Source: Schizosaccharomyces osmophilus (Eukaryota). Taken from it: a stretch of DNA of 64,000 bases. The translations under genes were made by a program, and so were the position numbers. The stretch is from assembly GCF_027921745.1 (NCBI RefSeq), contig NC_079238.1, forward strand, positions 434,001 to 498,000. Reading direction: 5' to 3'. The notes below the pieces were generated by a model. It was not told where the DNA came from. It searched no databases and saw only the letters and a program-made list of their open reading frames with translations. Below, piece after piece: positions 1 through 10,777 of the stretch (the first letter of the stretch is position 1; each line of letters begins with the position of its first letter).

Positions 1-217
1 AATGTAGAAAAGATTTTGCTTCCCAAAAGGCCGAATTTTAATTGTTCGTATTAGTAATAGCTTCCAGGGATCTAATTCATCAAGCAAGTTGTATGAACAA
101 TTTATTTAGCTAGATCAGCCAGTCAAACAGATCTTAGGGAGGTGCCCTAAATTCAGTAAACAGCCGCATTTCTTACCGCTGCCCTTAAAATATTCACGGC
201 CATCTCTAGTTTAACTT

Positions 218-540
218 TTACAACCGTAGTTCATGTTTAACCCGCATATATAATCAATTGGGTTACCGCGTTTAAAGTGTTCATGTCCTTCTCTAAGCAC
301 AGCATGATATGCCTCACTTATATCTTCTTCTATTTCCTTAGGTAAGTCATCATATTCTTCATCATTAAGTTCTCTGACTCTGTTGGGCTGCTTCTAGTGT
401 CGTATATTTTACAGAATCGGGCAGTGCATCTCCATCGGTCAATTCAGTCCCTAGTATTTCTCCCGTAGGTTTAGTACTAATATAAAATGAAAAGTATACA
501 TACTTTTGATATGCTTCTTTAATCATATCAGCAATTGGAC
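218..540 (-). pseudogene. Possible degraded coding remnant abutting the tRNA-Val terminator
   Basis: Intron-like GTATGT..TACTAA..TAG at 451-503 and protein-like segments in shifted frames (TELTDGDALPDSVKY..; RVRELNDEEYDDLPKEIEEDISEAYHAVLREGHEHFKRG..). Confidence 0.35.
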
Positions 541-549
541 TTAAAAAAA

Positions 550-621
550 TAGTCCCACCGGGGATCGAACCCGGGACCTTCTGCGTGTGAAGCAGAAATC
601 ATACCACTAGAACATGGAACT
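550..621 (-). tRNA. tRNA-Val(CAC)
   Basis: Reverse complement folds as a 72-nt cloverleaf: acceptor AGTTCCA/TGGGACT, anticodon arm TCTGC-TT CAC AC-GCAGA, T-loop GGTTCGATCC. A T7 Pol III terminator follows (A-run 543-549 on +). Confidence 0.96.
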
Positions 622-793
622 GCTCTTGATTACCAAAAAGTTTAAGTCTATCTATAGGTGGATGTGATTCATTTAAAATTATAAGATGATTGCCATCATA
701 ACTATCTTGAAGAAAGCCAAAAGAAAGCTTTGTATCATAAATAAAATAAAAGGTAAAAAATGTTGCACCAGCAATGCTGAATTGTTTTATGGT

Positions 794-865
794 AGGTCGT
801 ACTGGGAGTCGAACCCAGATCTCGAGAATCAAAATCTCATGTGCTAGCCGCTACACCATACAACC
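794..865 (-). tRNA. tRNA-Gln(TTG)
   Basis: Reverse complement GGTTGTATGGTGTAGCGGCTAGCACATGAGATTTTGATTCTCGAGATCTGGGTTCGACTCCCAGTACGACCT; 72 nt, anticodon TTG, canonical A and B boxes. Confidence 0.95.
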
Positions 866-1233
866 GTAGTTGAGGACTTGTGTAGCAAAATGTTAATAGA
901 CACTTGTATACTAGTCGCAGAAAAACTTACATTTCGTTGCATAGAGGATCAAAGTCTCCGATTGACAATGACTGGAAATTCATGCATAACATCATTCACC
1001 TACACGACTTTGAACTTTGAGCTGCTCCTACAACCTGCCTAAGCCATTTTCATCTACATCGTGACATGCTACACTGTTTCTACGTTACGTGGCTCCATCA
1101 AGTACAATGTTAAATCATGAAAAAAATTTATTGAGAAGCTAAAAGACATCATTGTGTTCTTCACGGCAATGTTCAGCTTTGATACACAATGTTTTTAATC
1201 TTTTGACATCACGGAGTCAGTAGAGCGATCCGA

Positions 1234-1372
1234 TTATTTACTACACCTCAAGTTAGCCAATGAACTCGATTATCAAATATTATATGTTTAAAATCACTTA
1301 CGATCTAGCCCTCATTTTTCTTCTTCTACGTTTCAGACGTCTCACACGTTTCTTTCTCCACTTATCACGCAT
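1234..1372 (-). CDS. rpl41: 60S ribosomal protein L41 (eL41), 25 aa, one intron (1241-1301)
   Basis: Missed by the ORF track. Exon 1302-1372 plus 1234-1240 gives MRDKWRKKRVRRLKRRRRKMRARSK*. Intron is GTAAGT..GCTAAC..TAG. Confidence 0.96.
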
Positions 1373-1422
1373 GTTGGTGGTGGTGAAACATTTAGCACAT
1401 TGCTTATTTTAATATACGAAAC

Positions 1423-1430
1423 TGTGACTG
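1423..1430 (-). promoter_or_regulatory. Homol D box (CAGTCACA) of the rpl41 promoter
   Basis: TGTGACTG on + (CAGTCACA on -), 50 nt upstream of the rpl41 ATG; the known fission-yeast ribosomal-protein core promoter element. Confidence 0.85.
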
Positions 1431-2107
1431 TTTTTTGGGGTCCAGTTTCTGTGCTTTACGTTAGCGTTCCGCTACGGTAACGGCTTTAGTGATAGATGGT
1501 TGCGATCGTTAAACATACATTGTTCTTTAGTTTTCTAAATTCAAATTGCAGAGGCGCTTCTCAAGATCGACGATGGATATCATGACAATGTTGCTATGCT
1601 GAAGCGGAAAAGAAGGAAAGAATGAATAAAGAAACAAAAAATAATAATTTATTATACAAAACCTAGCAAGATTGAAAGCAAATCGACAACTTCGTAGCTA
1701 TAACTCCACGAAACGTAAGTAAAGACCAAAAAACCATATTTGTATATGCCAAGGCATCCCAAGTATATCGTTAACGTTTCCAAGACTCACGCTAACAAAG
1801 GAAGAGAATCAATGATTGTTAAACGTGGTTAGACTGGCTAAATTACCAGTGAAATCGAAGTTTTTATTTCTCAAAATATAACCCCCGTTATAGTGTTCAC
1901 CCGTTCTATAGGATATCCTTTTTACGAACCGATAATCCATGCTTGTTTCTATCCACTATACAAAAAAGATATTCTCCTCTTGTTTGCTTTCTAAAGTGGC
2001 AAAGGAAAACCAGAAAGTTATTTCCCTAAAGCAAGACTTCTCAATCATAAACCCGTAATCAATGAAAATTTGCATAAATAGTAAAATAAAATTCAATTGA
2101 ATTCCAT

Positions 2108-2450
2108 TTAAGCAGCAATGATGACAGGAGCAGATGCATTTTCATCTTCTTCTACTTCAAGAAACTCGTCCTCATCGTAAACAACGCGAACAATCAAGCT
2201 ACAGCTGGGACAACGAGCAACGTCTTCTCCTGAACGAAGATCATCCTAACCATTAGTGAGTTTGCTTTCTTTAAATTGTATCAAAAAGCTTACCAAGCTG
2301 ATTTCGAAGCGATCTCCACATGGACAAGGAAAAGTATACAAATTGAAATCAGCGTCTAACTTGTTAGTCAAGGCCCGTCAATCGCATTTCTAAACCATCC
2401 AACTTACCAAAAGTAAAATCTTCCAACTCAATTTCGTCGTAAAATGACAT
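2108..2450 (-). CDS. dph3: Diphthamide biosynthesis CSL zinc-finger protein Dph3/Kti11, two introns
   Basis: Spliced translation [53 protein letters not shown], with CPCG and CPSCSL motifs and canonical introns. Not in the ORF track. Confidence 0.95.
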
Positions 2451-2738
2451 ATTCTTGCCCTCCTTGTTGGTGTTGGTAGATGGAAAGTGCAACTCATCCC
2501 AGAGGCAAAACGAATTAATTCGCTATCCCCTGGCGGAATGAGGATTAAAGGCGGTTTCAAAATTAAGAACATTTTCAAATAAATTCCTCTGTTTCGTATA
2601 TACTTTCTGTCATCAAAAACGGTGCATTTTTGCGAATGTCTTGATTTGAAACACTCTTTACCGTTGTATGACACCTAAAACTTCGATTCATAGCATTTTT
2701 TACTCTTTAATTATTTTCTCGCTTGCCATTGAAAAGGA

Positions 2739-5700
2739 ATGAAATGCCAAGACTCCAACAGTCTACATGAAGATGGATCTCTTTCCTCAAAACCCAGAAT
2801 TGATTGGGAAAGCATCATTGCTAATGAGAATTCTTCATCAGAAGATGAAAGCTTAGCAGAAATTCACCCAAATGTAGTCAACGCTTCTAAGGGTGGAGAG
2901 GACGATGACATAGACGAAGAAGTACCTTTGATAAAACTGCAGAAACGTAACATCCAGGAACAAGAAGATAGTAATGGCTCCTTTACAAAAACGACTAAAA
3001 AACGCTCTCGAAACAGAAGCTCTTTGGAGCCCAAGGAAAAGGATGTATACACACCATTGGAACGTCAATATATAGAGTTGAGAAAGAAATATAAAGATTG
3101 TATCTTGGCTATCGAGGTAGGTTACAAATATCGATTCTTCGGCGAAGATGCAAAAGTCGTGTCAAAAGCGCTTGGCATTGGTTGCTACTATGAGCATAAT
3201 TTTCTAAATGCCAGTGTCCCTTCTTATCGTATTGATTTTCATTTGGAGCGCTTAATCAATGCTGGCCTTAAAGTTGCCATAGCAAAGCAGACTGAAACAG
3301 CAGCTTTTAAATCAACTGGTAATACTCGAAACACGCTTTTTGAGCGTGATGTGGTCGGCATGTATACCAAGGGCACCCTCATTCGCGAAAGTACTTCTCG
3401 GTATGATAAGCGATTAAACGGGTCTCTTCAAGACTCTCAGTACATTTTATGCATTGCCGAAAATGCCGTTTCTAAAAAGACACCCTTAGGCAAGGTTCAG
3501 ATCGGGTTTCTATGTACCCAACTGTCATCTGGGACTTTTATATACGACCAATTTGAGGATGACATTTTAAGGACCAACTTGCAAACAAGACTTTCACATT
3601 TTCAACCCTGCGAGATCCTCTTTTCCGACGAATTTTCTTCGGAATCAGTTGCTTTGCTAAATCATTATGTCGCATCTGAGCAATCAATCGGAAGAAAAGT
3701 TTGCATTCAATATGTAGACCAGCATACCCCGAAGATTTCTATGCAAAATGTGTGCAACTTTTTTTCGTCAAATTTCTATGATTATGAACAAGCCATCGTG
3801 AATTTACACTTAGAGAAGATAAAATCTTTGCCAACTTTGTCTATGGTTTGCTTAGAAATGACAATCTCTTATTTGACCGAGTTTTCTTTGGAAAGAATAT
3901 TAACAATGTCTGACTTTTATCAGCCGTTCAGTCATTTTTCTTCAATGATTTTGAGTAAACAAACCCTAGACGGCTTGGAAGTCTTTTCCAATCAAACTGA
4001 ACACTCTTCGATCGGAAGCTTGTTTTGGGTACTCGATCATACGTACACAAAATTTGGACAGCGTTTGCTACAGCAATGGATCAAGGCTCCTTTGCTTTGT
4101 GAAAACGAGATTAATGATCGACTAGATGCTGTTGAAGAGCTCTCTACAGGATTCAATGAGAATACACAGATTTTGCGCAAACTTTTACACCGACTACCGG
4201 ATTTAGAGAAGGGTCTTGCAAGGATATACTATCAAAGGGTACGTTTTATATATGTATATTTTATTGCTTGTTTTACTAATTATTAGTGTTCACCTTCGGA
4301 ATTACTTTATATTTTAAAAGGATTTTACAGGGTCTCTACTGCGTTTTCATCCAATCCTAATGATTCTTTTCAATCCTTCTTGCTGGGTTCTCTCGTCAAG
4401 CAGCTGCCGACAATACTGTATCCTGTTGATCAATTTTTGGCTTCGTTTAATCATGGTAAAGCCGCAGAAAACAATAAGTTGGAGATGTTTCAAAATGTCG
4501 ATGACTTTGATTCCATTGGAGACTCTTCTTCAGAAGATTCTCAGTCAATCTTTAAAATTCGTGAACACAAGATGGGTATATTAATGGTTGAGACAGAATT
4601 AAATATGCACCTACAGGAACTCCGGGATTACCTCAACTATCAAGAACTGAATTATTCCTCTTGGGGAAACATAACTTTTTGTATTGAATTATCTAGAGGC
4701 TGTAAAAATATACCGGAGGACTGGATAAGGGTAAGCGCTACTAGAAGCTTAATACGCTACCACACTCCGGAAATACAAGCTCTTATCCTTGAGCTGGCCC
4801 AACATAAGGAAGCTTTAGCTATATCATGTGAAGAAATTTATATGGCTTTTCTAAAAAAGATATCTGGTTACTATAATGAACTAAGAAGGGTTGCCGTAGC
4901 TGTTGCCTCACTGGATTGCCTACATTCTTTTGCTTGTGTTTCTTCGCAAACTGGTTATGTTCGGCCTCAATTGACAACGCATGACTTTTACGTGGAAGAA
5001 AGCAGGCATCCTATGATTGAATTACTGACCGATGGACCGTATGTGCCGAATGATATCAATCTCAGTGCTAAAGGTATACAAACATTGCTTATTACTGGAC
5101 CAAATATGGGTGGTAAGACCTCAGTAGTGAAGCAGCTTGCTTTGACGTCTTTGATGGCACAATGCGGGTGCTTTGTTCCTGCGAAGAGTGCCCGTTTACC
5201 TTTATTTGATTCTATTCTTGTAAGATTAGGATCTACTGACAATATTTTCCTAAATATGTCTACTTTCATGGTTGAGATGTATGAGACCAACGAAATTTTA
5301 AACAAGGCTACCGATAAATCTCTTGTAATTTTCGACGAGCTTGGAAGAGGAACCAGTACTATTGATGGAGAAGCAATTTCCTATGCAGTATTATACTATT
5401 TGAACTATTATGTACGTCCGTACCTGCTATTTGTTACTCATTATCCTGGTTTGGGTGTTTTGGAAAAGCAATTTAAGGAACGACTTCGAAGCTACCACAT
5501 GGGGTACGTGAGATTGGAAGAAACGAATCAAAATTCTCAAAGCATATCGTTTCTGTACAAGCTGGTCCCTGGAATTGCTTCAAGAAGTTACGGATTAAAC
5601 GTTGCTAAAATGGCTGGAATACCAAATTCTGTTATCCATCGAGCCGAAGAAATAAGTGAAGAACACGAAAGAGATCAATGGTACCTTAGGAAAACCCGTA

Positions 5701-5825
5701 CATTAGTGAAATTGAGAAAATATATCCAAATGGTTAAACTCTCGGAATCAGACTTTGAAGAATTTTTATCTTGTTTTTCAATTTTGGAAACTAAAGAGTT
5801 TATTGAAATGGCAGAAGGGTTTTGA
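2739..5825 (+). CDS. msh3: MutS-family mismatch repair protein Msh3 (intron 4239-4286)
   Basis: YTPLERQY, EVGYKYRFFGEDA (Msh3-type mispair domain), Walker A GPNMGGKT, STFMVEM, DELGRGTST and SYGLNVA. The two ORFs are joined by a GTACGT..CTAAT..TAG intron. Confidence 0.96.
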
Positions 5826-6334
5826 TCATACTATAATTAGGTTCCTTAAGTTGGACTAAATGGTTATAAAAATTCGTCAAAATCTGCAAGTCATATATTT
5901 ATTTTTTGGGGAAATTTATGGTTTGGAAGAAGACTTAATATATTTATTTAAATTTTGCTGGCTGTTTTATTTGTATCTTGAACAACGAGAATATGCAATG
6001 GATTAAATACTATGCTTCTAAAGAACTGTCGTTTTCAAATTGATTCCAAAGCTTGAAATTGTATCAGCGACCATTTAATACTTATTTTATCAATCTCCAT
6101 ACTTACCAAATGTCTATTTACTGATATTGACTTTCAAGATACTCGAAAGTTACATCCAAGCTTATGGATTTATACAATATACTTTCAATTACAATTGGGT
6201 ATTTTTATTCATTATTATATTCGTAGTGTCAAATTTTGGACCGTTCTTATGGTTGCGGGTAGGCCCTTCTGGAGGACTTTGCCCTGTACTGTGCAAACCA
6301 CCAACCTCGGGCATTTTGGGTGAATTTTTGAAAA

Positions 6335-7839
6335 ATGTCTCTTCAACAGCTTTTAGGAGAAGAAGTTCCTGTATGTTTTTAAAATTTTGTTTCTAATTAA
6401 ACGGCATTTGCCCGTAAAGATGATTCGAAATAGAAAAAATTTTAGGCAAAATTTTTTTAGATGAATAGACGTACTAACACCATTAATAGACAGAAAAAGT
6501 TTGCTCTGCTCTTTTGGGCTACGAAAAGAAAAAAGGTGAAGAGAACAATGCCAATTCCGAGTCGAATAAATCAAATCTGTTAGAGGATGAGGAAGATACT
6601 ACCTCTACTGTCTGGTTACAGTTGTCTACCTTGAAGTTCATTACGAATAATAGAAAACTGATACCTTTTAAGATTCCCTTGAAACACTCAATCATCCCTT
6701 CCTCTTATGAGGCTTGCTTGATTGTAAAGGATCCCCAAAGAACTTATAAAGATTTGGTCAGTGAAGCAGGCATGTCAGGTGTCGTGACTCGAGTCATTGG
6801 AATTAACAAACTGAAAGCCAAATGGAAATCGTTTGAACAAAAAAGACAGCTTCGCGACCAGTTCGATCTTTTTTTGGCTGATGACCGTGTCATTTCTATG
6901 TTGCCTAATGTATTGGGCAAGACCTTCTATTCCAAGACAAAGGCTCCTATTCCTGTTCATATCAGCACTGAAAATGCTGACCAGTTGAAGAAGCAAGTCG
7001 TTTCTGCCTACAACGCTACTTATTTCCGTGCTTCTCCTTGCAGCAGCTTTATGATTCGTTGTGGACATACTTCCAATACTTCCCAAGAACTTGCCGATAA
7101 CATTGAATCCATCGTGAAGTACTTGTGTGAAAAGAAGGTTGTCCCCAAAGGTGGCAAGGGTATATCAAGCATTCATGTCAAGACTACTCAAAGTATGGCG
7201 GTTCCACTTTGGAATAACCCCAATTTGGAAGAAGAAGTTATGAAACTTCGTGCTTCTACTGAGGAAAAGGACACTTCTAAGAGAAAGCCTACCGAAGAAA
7301 CCAAGACAACTGCTTCTCCTAACAAGAAGGCCAAAACAAATGCAAGTAAAACTACTGAAGAAACCAAGCCAGCTGCTTCTTCTAACAAGAAGACCAATAC
7401 AAATGCAAGTAAAACTACTGAAGAAACCAAGCCAGCTGCTTCTCCTAACAAGAAGACCAATACAAATGCAAGTAAAACTATTGAAGAAACTAAGTCATCT
7501 GCTTCTCCTAACAAGAAGGCCAAAACAAATGCTGGTAAGGCTACTGAAATAAAACAGGAGGAGAAGGCAACTAAGAATGATCAGGGAGAGGGTAAGAATG
7601 CCTCTCCTAAAAAGAAGGTGCCTGTTGAGAAATCTACTGAGAAGCCTCCTCAGAAGCAAAAAGCCATACCAAAACAAAAGGAGGATTCAGCAAAGAAAAA
7701 TAATCTTGCTAATCAGCCATCAAAAAAGAACGGATCATCCGATTCTCCGTCTAAGCAACCCGAACAGGGTTCTGCGCAAACAAATACGACTAATGGGAAA
7801 AAGAAGGCTGGTAAACAAAAGGCTAAAGGGAAACAATAA
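6335..7839 (+). CDS. Ribosomal L1-domain ribosome biogenesis protein, Cic1/Utp30 family (intron 6371-6489)
   Basis: Exon 1 MSLQQLLGEEVP splices in frame to the ORF containing CLIVKDPQ, KQLRDQFDLFLADDRV-like and LGKTFY motifs; Lys-rich C-terminal tail. Confidence 0.88.
7291..7542 (+). repeat. Four tandem 63-bp coding repeats (21 aa, about TEETKPAASPNKKTNTNASKT)
   Basis: Units start at 7291, 7354, 7417 and 7480; units 2 and 3 are nearly identical in DNA. Confidence 0.92.
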
Positions 7840-8105
7840 TTGGATTTTTTTGGGGAATTTCAGGAAGTGAAAATTAACCGTGAAATTTGATCAGGCATGT
7901 ATGTATGTACAAATAATTATATTTTGGGTTTTTACTACGGATGTCGTTAGAAGAAATGTTAATAAAGTACCACTATTTCTTTGATTTATTAAACTTTACA
8001 TTTGTAGAGCGGTTGTTAGTAAACGTGATTCGATTTATGAATACACGTGAGTATGAAAGTTTGGTTAAGTCATTATTTCTTTCTGATCCAAAGTTTGCTA
8101 TATGC

Positions 8106-8887
8106 CTATAATTTCGCTCCAAAGACGTTACCTTTCGCAGATTCGGAGCCTGTCCCTGGCAAACCGTCCGGCCAATATGTATATTCTTGAACGAGGGTCC
8201 AATCCAGCGGATTTTTGCGGTGACTGAAATTGAAGCGTAACCATGTATCTTCTCGCTTCATGATTAATTGCATTGGGTAGCAGAGTCCATTATTCCATTC
8301 ATCCATTCTTCCTACAAACACTTGCCATGTACCAGGATTCACTTTGCAAACAGAAAACCACGGAGAACTGAGATATTGTAGCACAAATGGAGTGTAAGAA
8401 GAAACTTGGTTTTCTTTTTGCACATCAATAGAAAACCCGTTTGTCCAATGGTCTGGATGATACATCAGAGGCCCGTATTTTTCTGGAACGTAGGCACGTT
8501 TTCCACTAGATTATAATGTTAGTTCCACCCGATCCAGTCAAATGGAATTCCTTGTTCTTACCTCTTAAGTTCGAGATATCCACGATGGTGCAAATTGAAT
8601 CTGAATACCATCTTTTCAGACGTTTTTGATAGAGGTGCCAAGTATAGTTTATCATCGTCCAAAACAATGTATCGACCATCCAAACCAGTGAGAGAACGGT
8701 CTTCCATTTTGGTAACTAGAGACCAGAAAGCAGAAAGACGGTACTTGTTTTCCTCATTAGCTCTTTCGCCCTCTTCAATCTCTACTTTGGTTCTCCAAAA
8801 ATCCCCTTTGCCGCAAAGAGTTCTGCGCGGTAGTATCAGCAAGTAAAGCAGCAATGAAACGGATCGAAATACTTGTAATAAAAGCAT
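8106..8887 (-). CDS. mug130: Secreted/membrane Schizosaccharomyces-type protein, probable Mug130 ortholog (intron 8506-8561)
   Basis: Two ORFs joined in frame by GTAAGA..CTAAC..TAG; hydrophobic N-terminal signal; conserved-looking Trp/Cys residues. The name rests on recalled synteny. Confidence 0.68.
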
Positions 8888-8945
8888 CTTAGTGGGTTCC
8901 TTTTTCAGTTGTCAGTTCAGCTTTGTATATAATGTTATGTTGTAT

Positions 8946-8968
8946 ATGTAAACAGTCATTGTTTACAT
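8946..8968. promoter_or_regulatory. Inverted pair of forkhead/FLEX motifs (GTAAACA)
   Basis: ATGTAAACA-gtcat-TGTTTACAT, about 60-80 nt upstream of the mug130-like ATG. Confidence 0.6.
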
Positions 8969-9612
8969 TTGGAATCTATTAACGGAACTTCCGTCTCTGG
9001 AAACCTTAAGCTGACGATTTGTTTGTTTATTCAATCATAAACAAAGGTTCATATCGACATCTGATTCTGCATACTATTTAGGAAGTATCGTGTGCATTTT
9101 GAAGCTCAAGCAAAACCAATTGTTCCTTACAAAGATAATGTATTCCATCCTTTTCCATGGATATCTTTTCGAATTGTTTAGGAAAACATCCATCTGATTT
9201 TTTTTGCGTTTGTTTGCTAGGGTCCAAACAAACAAAACACATAGCGATTATCAAACACAATTAGCTATTCTACTCTTAATAAAAACCACATTTTAACTTG
9301 TTTCCAAATCTTTAGTATGCGTTTTATCTGAAGTGTATTCATCTTGTAGACTTTGTTTCGTCCTCCATCCTCAAGTTTTTGCGAAAGCTCTTTTCCATTC
9401 TCCTTTGCGTAATTTACATGATTCTTTTTGTTCCTTAGGTTTATTAGAGAAAGTAATATCCTAGAATAGGATTTTATTCTACTTCTCTTTGGGTGTTACA
9501 TACTTGGAAGAAAATTCATGACAATCTGTATGTAATGGCAATTGAATCTATTCTTTTCTGGGATTTATGTTCAATACAATAAGAGATTTTAACACTTCTT
9601 CTTTAGTCTAAA

Positions 9613-10500
9613 ATGGATGCATTTACTGAAGATATTCCTATGCCAGACGCAGGATCTGAAAATTTAGGCGGATTTATACCATTAAGGCAGAGAACAGAAA
9701 TTAACTCGAACGAACAAATATTAACAATGGACAATCAAAATGAACTTTTCGATATATCTATGTCTCCTGAAGAGAAAAAGCCTTTAAAGAAAACCATGTC
9801 AAAAAGGAAGTTACGAAAGCCTAAAAATCCATTGCTAATACATGGAAAAGAAAATTCTGAAAAGCCTTTGAGAAGAAAATCCAGTAATACTTCCCAACTC
9901 ATCCGGAAAGAGCATGCAGATGCCAGTCATTCTACTAATTGGGTACATATGCATCGTGACATTCCCGTTGTAGTGAGCGGGTACTTGCAGCTTCTATTTA
10001 ACGTCTGTATAATCTCAATTGTCCTTTATTTTTTGTTTTCAATGGTATTTACTATGCAAGGTGATATACGAAACAATATAAGTACAGAACGATCGCTCCT
10101 TGCATATAAAGCAATGGAATGTCAGAGACACTATAGAAAATACGACTGTGATAGTCCAAGCTCAGCAATCAGTAAGGTATGCGATGATTTACGGGTTTGT
10201 ATTCTGAGAAAAACAAGCAATACAAGACTAGTAGCCAAAATATTGGCCGAAATTATAGATACTTTTGTGAACCATATATCCTATAAGACCATGATTTTTT
10301 CCTTACTACTTGTTTTTGGAAGCTTGATTGCTTCAAACTATGCCTTCAGTCTTTTTCGGGCAAAGCACTCTCAGAACCTGCCTACTTATGCCACGAGCGC
10401 AATACCTGCGATGATCTCTAGTAACCATCTGCTGGAACAAGAACCTCACATAAATGGTAATCAAAAACTGCTGAAACTACAGTCCGAAGATGGAAAGTAG
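9613..10500 (+). CDS. brr6: Nuclear envelope protein Brr6/Brl1
   Basis: Two TM helices (SGYLQLLFNVCII..; ISYKTMIFSLLLVFG) flank four cysteines (C..Y..YDC..C..L.VC), the Brr6/Brl1 domain. Confidence 0.9.
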   Translation: MDAFTEDIPMPDAGSENLGGFIPLRQRTEINSNEQILTMDNQNELFDISMSPEEKKPLKKTMSKRKLRKPKNPLLIHGKENSEKPLRRKSSNTSQLIRKEHADASHSTNWVHMHRDIPVVVSGYLQLLFNVCIISIVLYFLFSMVFTMQGDIRNNISTERSLLAYKAMECQRHYRKYDCDSPSSAISKVCDDLRVCILRKTSNTRLVAKILAEIIDTFVNHISYKTMIFSLLLVFGSLIASNYAFSLFRAKHSQNLPTYATSAIPAMISSNHLLEQEPHINGNQKLLKLQSEDGK

Positions 10501-10777
10501 AGGGTTTACCTTCCTCTTTCCTAACTTTTTTGCGATGGGTCATTCTCCATTCAGATAGTTTTCTTTGGATATGATGGTACCTGTAAGTCCATATTTAATG
10601 TGCCTTTCCAAATTGTTTTCTATCCTACTAATAGACACCGATTATTTTTCTGTCATTTATACTTTTGTTTATTACTAATTATTCGAGTCTTTCATTAATG
10701 AATATCTATTTCCTGCCGTTTTTCTATTATGCTTCAATAATTCACCCTTTAGAGATAGTTGTACAGTTGTAGAGTCA

